This document shows positions 25,148 through 46,308 of a DNA stretch of 46,308 nucleotides, piece by piece (positions within the stretch are counted from its first letter, which is position 1; every line of letters starts with the position of its first letter). Position numbers and translations under genes: made by a program. The notes beneath the pieces are model-generated. The model was not told where the DNA came from, made no database searches, and saw nothing but the letters and a program-made list of their open reading frames with translations. Source of the stretch: Chromera velia (taxonomy: Eukaryota); NCBI GenBank assembly GCA_018398765.1, contig JAHBMJ010000502.1, positions 1 through 46,308 of the forward strand, written 5' to 3'.

Positions 25148-28100
25148 TCACTGGATAACACAGTCATCTGCAGGACCATACCCCATCCCCATCCCCATCC
25201 CCATTCCGTATTCATCATCCATCATGTCATCCTCCATCCCCCTGAAGTATCTCTTCTGCACGGCCTTCTGACAACGCGACCGGATCTCACGAGCCCCCCC
25301 CTTGGACGAAACCCCCAGGCTCTCTGCAAAGCCCTTCAATTCATCCAACGTGCCCAGGGGGGCTTTTCTCTCAAACTCTGACAACGCCTTCTTCGCGTGT
25401 TTCTCCTCCTCAGGCCCAGGGTGGCCCTTCTCTGCATCTGCAAATGCAGACGCGTCAACCAGACCCCTCCCCCCCCTCCCCGTCATCGCGTCAGTGCGAT
25501 CTGCATACTTTGGCACTTTCAGCAGAATGGCCTGCTGGGTGTAGAAGGTGGAAGTCGAGGCCTCGTTGCCGAAACTGCACCCACCTGCAACAGTGCAACA
25601 CTGCAACACAGGGCGCGTGATGCCCCGTTCGATCTCCTTGGCCCGCTTGACGTCTTTGTACGGCGCGTCCTCTCTGAGGTCCTTGGAGGGCACGTCGAGG
25701 TCATCGAAGTCGCACCCCCTGTCGATGCAGCTGTCGTCGATGATCTCCAGACTGCTCAGCTCCGTGCGAGCTTCCTGCAAAGTGAGGTTCTTCTGCAACA
25801 CCAACGGGTTTCTGTCCTCCTCCATCGCGTTGTCGTCCGTCAAGATGGTGATCACACGGGGGAGGAGACCCACACGGCAGGCAGCGACGTACAGAAGAAC
25901 GTCTGCCCCCTTCAGGGACATGTCGCGGCATTTGACCGATGCATGCTGCTGCAGCAGGGTCGAGCGGTTTCCTTCCCGGAAGGTCTGCTTCTGTCTCGTA
26001 CAGGTGGAGACAGGGAACCCCGACCATACCCCCCTCAAAGTTGAGGAATTGGGGATCTCGGAGGGCCTTTTGAAGGAATTTGAATACCTTCGTGCCCATC
26101 ACTGTGGCTGTCGTTTTGGGATAGAGAACTTTGGGGAGCGGCTGGGGCTGTGCGGCGGTGCGGCTGCATGGGGCGGTGCAGGGGTCTCTGAGGCGAGAGA
26201 GAAGTTGGGCTTTCGACCCACTGACCGCGAGGCCTTTCTCTCGGCACTTCTCTTTCAGCTTTGCAACTGTCAGAGAGTCGAGACCATCCTTCTTCCCCTT
26301 CTCCTCCTCCTTTCCCTTATCAGAGGAAGAGACGGGAGAGGAACGGGAGGAGCAACCTGCGGAGGTGGAGCAGGAGGGGTGGCGACGGAGAGTGTACGCC
26401 AAAGTAACCCTCTGCCCGCTGGTCACCTTCCCGATCTCATGGAGACAGTCTCCGAAGAAAGCGGCCCACTGCACACCAAAACCTCGGTTTCCTTCCTGCA
26501 ATCAGAAGCAAAAGAAATTCAGAGGTTGTTCGGGATAGCATTTTCTACACATGCCAACGGCACCGTTCCACCGGCAGTCGGCAGATAGACAAAATTCAGA
26601 GAAAAGAAAAGGCAGAAGAAGAGTGAAACCGCAGTCAGCCATCCAGACAGACTGCATCGCTCTTTCATAGAGACAGGCAGAACGGCAGATAGATAGGCAG
26701 ACTATGTGCGTCTTTCTTCTCTCCGCTTTTCTTCATGTGCACAACAGATGAACAGGCAGACAAGCAGACAGACAATATGTTTCTTTCTTTTCCCTTCAGA
26801 AAGACAGACAGACAGACAGACATTCAGGCAGGCATGCGGAATAAGACACGGAAACCAAATCTTATTGCATTCAACGTACCAGATTAGACGGATACGAGAA
26901 TCTATGAATAGATATTTCTCATGTGGCAATTACTGCACTGGACCGCGGGTCGTTCTCTTCCCCCCCCTTTTGATGATCCAGGCAGGGAACAGCAAAATTA
27001 AGGGGAAAAAATGTAAGCAGTAAGAGAGACCTGCATGGGTCCAGTTCAGAGTCAGAGTCTCTGTCTGACCTTCTGTCCCTGCCCATTTCCAGTCGACCCC
27101 CCCTTTGCCCAGTCGAAACGGTGCTTTTTTGGCTCGGACGTCCCTCCTGCGGCAGAAGCGGGGGCATTCCAGACGGAGAGCTCCCCCCCCTGGAATTGGA
27201 AGGGAAGGCAGACGACGACTGTGCCGAACATGGTCTCGTCTCTCGGAGTGTCCCTGTGCTCTGTGAAGAACCCGTCCTCGGTGTACACGTTCAGTTTGTG
27301 GAGCTCGGCAGTGATGTCGCCGTCGAAGTCGGGCAACAGATCCTCCCGGACCTGCACAAAAAAACACAAACAAGAAGGGAGACGAACGCAAAAAAGGCAA
27401 ACAAGGAATGAGAAGAAAAATCAGAAAGGGGGGAGGGAAGAAAAAGACAAGATCCTTTCCGAATTTCAAACAGAGAGAGAAACTTCAAGAAAAAGAGGAG
27501 GGATAGAAAATAAGAAAAAGAGGACGAATAGAAAATAAAGAAAGAGAGAAAGGGAAAAAAATGAAGATAGAGCAGCAGAGCTTCATGGGCCATCAGACAA
27601 ACAACCGAATGAAGAGACAAATAGACGCGTGAATGCAGAGGAAGGCGAAAAAGAATAAGACAAAAAAGAGTGCACGGTGAACAAATCCTCCCGCTCGGGC
27701 GCACCTTCTCAAGGATCCCCGAAGTTTCAATTTGGAATCCCTCAATCTTCCCGATGTTCTGCGCAGACACTGCAAAGGCTTTCCGGACAGTCTCGTCCAC
27801 CAGAGTGCGATTGCCTTTGCCGAAAGCCGCAGGAACACAGCACTTCTCAAGGAAGCTGTCGGGGAGGCGGCGGCTCTCCACCCCCTTTTCCATGGAAACG
27901 GTCACAATCTGATTTTTATCATTCTCTTCCGCGACCTCAATTTTCATTCCCTCCTGCGGTAGAGGAACGAAGCCGCTGCAGCAGAAGGCACCCCCGTCCT
28001 TTTCAGACGATTGCAGCACTTTCATCAGTTCGGCAAGGACAGCTGAAGTATGCGGGTGCGTCTCCGTCTCCTCTCCATCCGACTCCGATTCTCTCTCTTC

Positions 28101-28190
28101 GTCTCCGGGAGAGGGGCAGGACTCCTCCTTCTCTTCACGAGCCTCATCCTGCTCCTCCGAAGTCCTCTGCTTCTTTGTGGGCGGCATCAT
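25148..28190 (-). CDS. 2-oxoglutarate/Fe(II)-dependent dioxygenase (P4Hc-like) with SAP domain; exons ~28190-27705, 27351-27070, 26495-25148; apparent +1 frameshift near 25916
   Basis: Motifs PAAFGKGNRTLVDETVRKA, LHKLNVY..DGFFTEHRDT (HxD), FGTVVVCLP...GGEL and WAAFFGDCLHEIGKVTSGQRVTLAY (distal H and R). SAP: LDSLTVAKLKEKCREKGLAVSGSKAQLLSRL. Phase-0 GT-AG introns. Confidence 0.85.
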
Positions 28191-28957
28191 GGCGTTCGTC
28201 TCTCTGTGCAAACAGGAGGGGGAAAAAAAGACTCCCTGAGAAGGATGCTAGCTGGGGACAAATAACAATTTCGTCGAATCCTCAAAAGCGCTACACGCGG
28301 TCAGGTCTTGAATGGAAATCAAGGAAGTGATTGAGACACGACCTGTGATTAAGACAATCTATGACAATCTGACGTCGAACGTCATTGAATGAACCCGATG
28401 AAAGGATACGTACGATCGAAAACGTACGCAGAAGCAGAATTAAATGGAGGAGACGAGAAATCTTACTCTCGCGCGGCCCGCATGCAATTTCATGCACTCT
28501 CAAATCGCCAGAATTGACAAAACACAAAGTTTGTGTACGCGCTTCTATACTCGGTTTGTCCGCGTACTACATGCGTACTACGTTGTCCGAAATTTTCCAA
28601 ATTTGTATATATGCATGGCTGTGTTTACCACAGCGTGAGAGGTGCGGTCCTCTGTGTGGTCGTCCTTGTTCATCGGAATGAATGCTCAAACGAAGAGTAG
28701 AGTGATACAAGCAGAAGAGCGGAGAGAAGAGAAAGCTCTCACTTTCGATTTGAAGGAACAGTCTGAAGCACGTGTTGCGCCAGAACAACTGTTGCGCCAG
28801 AACAACTGTTGCGCGATCTCTCAGTGCAATCTCTCTCTCTCTCGCTTCTCTTCTTCTCGATTAAGCTTTTGCTTCAAACACTTTGCAAGTGCCAATCGAC
28901 GCTCCCAGACGTTTGACGTATACTGGAATATCGAGAGGCAGCTACTGGCTGCCTACA

Positions 28958-29392
28958 ATGCAAATGCAGATTAATCTTCATGGAGGAAATGGGAAAGGCG
29001 ATGAAGAGCAGGTTGCATCATCCCTGGCCATAAGGGAAAGGGAAAGGGAGAGAGTGGGGCATCTTTCGGTGCTTCCTCCGTGTCAGCCAATCGGGGGAAT
29101 TCCTCCACAATGCGCACCCTCCTTGGTTGAGGACAGACAGACAGGCTTCCATGTCTCTCCTCAAGACAGTGGAAGAACGCAGGGAGGAGAGGAAAGATTT
29201 CATGCTCCTGCCTCTTCTTCTCAATCTGCTACACCCAGTGACGTCCACAACAAGCCAGATCAGGAGAAGGAGCGCTCTGCTCCCCTTCTCTCTGTGGTGT
29301 CCAATCCTGCCGAGAAGGTCTCAGGCATTCGTCAAGGGAGCCAACAGGATCTGGAGGAGAGAGAGAGAAATCGGCACCCTGAGCCCGCTGAG
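28958..29392 (+). CDS. Possible first exon of a hypothetical gene
   Basis: Open frame (ORF 28883-29407) ending at GAG|GTGAGT and followed by microsatellite-rich, intron-like DNA. No domain recognised. Confidence 0.3.
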
Positions 29393-29964
29393 GTGAGTTC
29401 AAAGTGACACAGTGAAACCCTCTCCCTTCGTCCCTATCCATCTTTTTGGTACAGTCTCATTGAGATGGTATCGGTGGCCTCGTTTCGCTCTTTTTTGGCG
29501 GATTTGGAAGTTGGAGGGGGGATGTTTGACACAAGTTCTTTCACAGAGAAAGAGAGGGAGGGGAACCACAGACAGACAGACAGACAGACAGACAGGCAGA
29601 GTGACTGATTGACTGACAGAGAGGCAGGAAGGAAGGAATGGTGTATCTGTCTGTGTCTCCATGTCCCTTTTTTGGCGTCTGACCCTGCTTCTTTTTGTGT
29701 ATGTCCTTTTCTGCGTCCGTTTGCCAAGGACGACCCAAAGGAATGAGATTTACCCCTCTGTCTGCCCGACTGTGTGGTTGACTGCAGCCCGACGTCCGCG
29801 GGAAAGCACCTCCAAAACCAGGCGCCTTTTGGAACGCGAGGAAGACCTGCAGGGAAAAAAGGGTCAGTGCATGGGGAAACACCAAAGGATTCTCTGCAAG
29901 GAAGTCGAGCAAGAGCACCACAGATTTCTTGCTTGAGTAGTTGGACCTCAAACACGCCTTTTCT

Positions 29965-29970
29965 TGTTCG

Positions 29971-30016
<46 letters not shown>

Positions 30017-30300
30017 GTCTGTCTTTCTGTCTATCTGTCTGTCTATCTGTCTGTCTGAAGAAACATACAGTCTGTCTGTCTGAAAATATAGTCTGTCTTT
30101 CTTTCTTCCTTTCTTCCTTCATTCATTGATTCCTTCTGTCTTTCCTTCCTTCCTTCCTTCCTTCCTTCCTCTCTTCCTCTCTTTCTTCATTCCTTCCTTC
30201 CTTCATTCCTTCCTTCCTTTCTTCTTTCTGTCTCCTTTCCTTCTTTTCTCCCATCCCTTTTTCTGTGGCTTGTCCGCTCGTTCGTTCGTTCGTGCGTTCG
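29965..30300. repeat. (CTTT)n / (CTGT)n / (CCTT)n simple repeat tract
   Basis: Read directly. Confidence 0.9.
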
Positions 30301-31282
30301 TTCTCTCCTTCGTCGTTTCTCCCTCAATTGTTGCCTTCCTTGCTGCTGTTGTTGCACTCTTCCAATAATGTGATTGAAGCGCGCGTTTTACCATGACCAC
30401 AGTGACCCTTGCTGCAGTTCCACTGATTAATTCTTGCGTTTTCTTGAATAATTCTGCAATATGACTTAAGTGAGACATCAATGCGGGATCCTCTTCTCGT
30501 CCGTGCAGGAAAAGAAAGAAAGGTGTCTCCCCGCCCGTGTCGAGTTCTTCGCAACACAAGAAAGTAGTGAAGGAGGAAAGCAAGAGGTAAGAGTATGAGG
30601 CATTCACGTGTTGGTTTCTGTGATAAACTGTGGTGGTATCTTTGATTGTTTGCCTGTCTGTAAAATGTGCGGAGTGGGCGGGTAAGACGTCACAGTCTCC
30701 GCGCAGTAAACCTTTTGGGATTTCCTTCCTAATCACTTTTGATCTCTTGCACATTTTTCCAAGCGCCTGTGCATGTGAGAACAGCCAGGAAGGAACATTC
30801 TTTCTTCTTGGCCGGATGGCAGGCAGAAAGCAGGCGGCAGGAGACCGTCTCGCTTGGCTCGATTGGGAAGTCCGGCTTCAGGTTACGGCTTGCGGCGGGA
30901 AGGACATGCATTGTCGAGCAGAGAGGCAGACAGACCGAGAGAGAGCATGCACATCGATCGGTCTAGCAGAAGGAAGAAAGAGGCAGGGTCTTCTTTTCAT
31001 CGGGTTGATGTTCAGAAGCAACAGAGGCGCCTAACAGTCTCATCCTGCCCTCTTTTTCTCTTTCTTTCAACGATTGGACTGACGACGTGCGTGAGGTCAC
31101 CACCAGATTCCGGCTTTTTCCTGCAGGTTGAGTGGTCTTTTTTTCTTAACATTTTTTGTTCTTCGACTGCACTCTGACTTGAATCAGAAAAAAACCAGCG
31201 TTCCGTGTTGCTGCTCCTCTCACAATGAACCTAGTATCCCTTCCGTGCTCTTTTGTGTGTGGTCCCATTTTTATTCTTTCAG

Positions 31283-32128
31283 GAAAGGGTTGCCTCAGAA
31301 AGGACCGGGGGCTGGATGTCGTCCCCCTTTCGGCGGGACCTCCTTGATGCGACGCCTTTGGAGGGCTGTCTGGGGGTGGGCCACGCGCTGGTGGCGGCTC
31401 GGGGGAGGGAGAGAGGACGGCTCGTGTGTGGTGTGTGGAGTCGACAGGGAGAGTGCGAAGATGACTAAACACCATGTGCGCCCGAAAAGTTCGCGGCGCA
31501 CGTTGGGGAATATGTTGCGATTGCGATTGGACAAAAGGTGTTGAACCCCTGTCCCCCCTAACTGGCCGCCAGGCCAGCCTTTCCATGCGTACCGAAGAGA
31601 AACAGGTGGCAATGGATTGGACGTCGGGTTGAACCGCTTCTCTGTCGGGACAGAGTTGGCAATTCCTGAGGTGGTGTACCTCCACAACCACCCCTAATGC
31701 CCCTCGTTGAACACAACGTCTTCCTCTTGCCGAACCTCAACAGCAACGCCCTCCCTTACACCAACGGAGTTTGGCCGGGGCTAAACTACGGGTTTCGGGT
31801 GTTTGCGGTCGAACGGTTTCCCTTGTTCATTGGGGAACGACACTCTCCTTACAGTTGGAAATGCAAGGTCAGGGTGGGGTGGAGGGGACAAGTGGTAGAA
31901 GCGAAAGTGACCTGTTACCAAGGGCCTTTGGTTCATTACCTCAAGGCTGAAATGGGGAAGATGGAGACTTTTCCCACCACAGTCAAAACAGCAAAAGACT
32001 GGTGGAGAAGCTTGAGGGTCCGAGGCAGAGGAAGCCATCAGGGAGTCGCTGCAGAACGTGGACTTCGAGTTTGCAGGGTGCAGACTCGAGTTTTCGTTTG
32101 CTTCCCCTGTCATTGTGTCCCCGTCTGA
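31283..32128 (+). pseudogene. Degenerate coding remnant of unknown family
   Basis: Acceptor tttcag at ~31282, then protein-like segments (PEKFAAHVGEYVAIAIGQKVLNP...PEVVYLHNHP; MPLVEHNVFLLPNLN...YQGPLVHYLK...TFPTTVKTAKDWW) separated by a stop and a frame change near 31695. Confidence 0.4.
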
Positions 32129-32953
32129 AGCCAGCGCGTGTGCACATCGCATGTTTGTGTTGATGCACGAGAGCGGAGTTCTGGAGCTGGATCACCGACA
32201 CAAGGTTTAATAAGGTTAGTCGTAGTCCTGAGGCCGAATACAATGAGACTGTACCAATGTGTTAGCCCTGCCACCAGGGAAGAGGGGAAAGCACAATCTA
32301 GCTTCACTTCTTTACAGAGGAGGATGCAGCATGAAGGGAAACGATTGGCTGGCGCAAAATTGTGTGACAAAAGAACCCATCAAGCAATTCTGCGTAAGGG
32401 TGTAAAGTTGACAGTAAAGTTGAGCAATTAAACAAAAACGATGAATTTTAATGAGTTTTTTTTTTATATATAAAATTTTGATACAAAGTGCAGATCTATG
32501 ATTCCATCTGGAGTTTACTAGTGGGGACTGTGGGGTCAATATCAATTATTTTATTAAGACAGATATGAGTTTTCTATAATGTTCCCTCAAATTATCATAA
32601 TTTGTAAGTAGCAAACTATAAAAAACCATACTCCATCATCTCTCTAGGAGCGACATAGATAGGTAGGTGATAAGTGATAAGTGATTTAGTGGTGCCCTAG
32701 ACTAGGCCCCAGAGCACGTACTGTCGCCGTTTTGTCTTATAGAGGTTTGAAAATTATGTGTGTAGATGGTTAGACCTAAATAAAAAATACACACATTCAG
32801 ACACTGGCATATCAACATATATATATATCTAACCATACAGACTGAGACTTTATGACTAGCTTCATGATTCACTAGTATGGTAACGGCGCTAGCCTCGCTG
32901 GGGACTACTGGGGACTCTCCAATTCAAAGTTGTTCTTGAAAGAAATAATAATA

Positions 32954-33058
32954 ACGTTGACTCGATAGGGATAGATAGGGATCAGATTTAATTTAGGTTA
33001 AATTTACGTTGACTCGATAGGGATAGATAGGGATCAGATTTAATTTAGGTTAAATTTA
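32954..33058. repeat. Tandem duplication, 52 bp x 2, in an AT-rich island
   Basis: acgttgactcgatagggatagatagggatcagatttaatttaggttaaattt occurs at 32954 and 33006. Confidence 0.92.
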
Positions 33059-33803
33059 AGTTGAAGCATATTAAGACTATATAATTAAGTAATATTGGGT
33101 CATTTTCTAAAACTTTTTAACCAGTTTACATTTACTTAAATTTTGGGGTCATAAATTAAAGCGTATTGGTGATGATTGAGGGTTAAATCCTAGATTTGGC
33201 GACGCCAAACCCCAAGCCACTATTAGGTCATCGTCGACCTGTGAGCTACTGCGAGTAGTCTAGGGAGGGGTGCTGTCGTCACTCTCACAGTAGAGTGCGT
33301 GGGCCAACTAATTGTGGACCAAGTTGCAGTTACAACCCAGGCCGGCTAAGGCCGCTACTAAAGTCTGAGTATGGGTCTGCAAGGTGCGGCCGCGCGGGGT
33401 GCTCAGAGGGGTTCCGCCTATGACAGAAAGCGAAACGGGTGCAGGGGCAGGGCTGGTGTGATGGGAGGCTTTCAATGGGAGACCTTAATTGGAGCCTTGG
33501 TGGTGGCGGCGGAGCGCCGGAGCCGCGGAGCCCTGCATATGGTGCCCATGCATGCATGGAGACCAGAACCGCGAGAGCATGCATGGGCGCGCCGCACAGC
33601 TGCATGAACCTTCGATCGCCGATCGACCTATCGATCGATCGATACGGTCTTCGCCGACTCGGCAAGATTCAGCAACGCAGTATACAGTGCCTCTTCCTTC
33701 AAAGAAACCTACAACTTCGCCTTCACACAGGCACTCACAGAGCTCCCGACTCAACCACAGAGTCAAATTTCATCAGTGAAGGGGAGCTGAGCAGGTCGAA
33801 AGG

Positions 33804-46235
<12,432 letters not shown>

Positions 46236-46308
46236 GTGCGTTGCAGATGAGTGAAGGTATCAACTTTTCTTTAAAGTGATCATGTGGGGTGAGGTGTTTC
46301 AACCGGCT

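Noticed and set aside
25548..26588. 346-aa plus-strand ORF
   Set aside because: Antisense shadow of the dioxygenase exon in GC-rich DNA; no motifs.
28771..28816. 17 bp x 2.5 repeat (tgttgcgccagaacaac)
   Set aside because: Real, but most simply explained as local slippage; no evidence of function.
9765..32128. A window-wide programmed frameshifting system linking all frame breaks
   Set aside because: The breaks differ in direction and sequence, two have intron explanations, and long genes such as ABCC show none. Splicing, assembly error or decay is more parsimonious.

Overview
Eukaryotic, intron-rich genomic DNA with one assembly gap (1154-1463). GC-rich genes are separated by short AT-rich islands, and (CA)n, (GA)n, (CTGT)n and (CTTT)n microsatellites are common. 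Composition, GTC-biased splice donors and TGCATGCA motifs suggest a chromerid/alveolate such as Chromera velia; this is inference. Genes read by hand: a large low-complexity/coiled-coil protein (minus, ~6619 down to ~777), an intronless PTPMT1-like phosphatase (7321-8172), a TPR + MYND zinc-finger protein (minus, 12365-9765), a THUMP-type RNA methyltransferase (15529-18215), a 2OG-Fe(II) dioxygenase fused to SAP domain(s) (minus, 28190-25148, one apparent frameshift), and an ABCC/MRP transporter with at least 23 exons (33804 to beyond the window end). Also present: a decayed retroelement-like frame whose 3' 325 bp is duplicated, a fold-back repeat array enclosing a candidate exon, several tandem repeats and a degenerate coding remnant at ~31.3-32.1 kb. 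No rRNA, tRNA or CRISPR array was recognised. No database searches were run, and I cannot claim a clearly new system; the dioxygenase-SAP fusion is the strongest lead.
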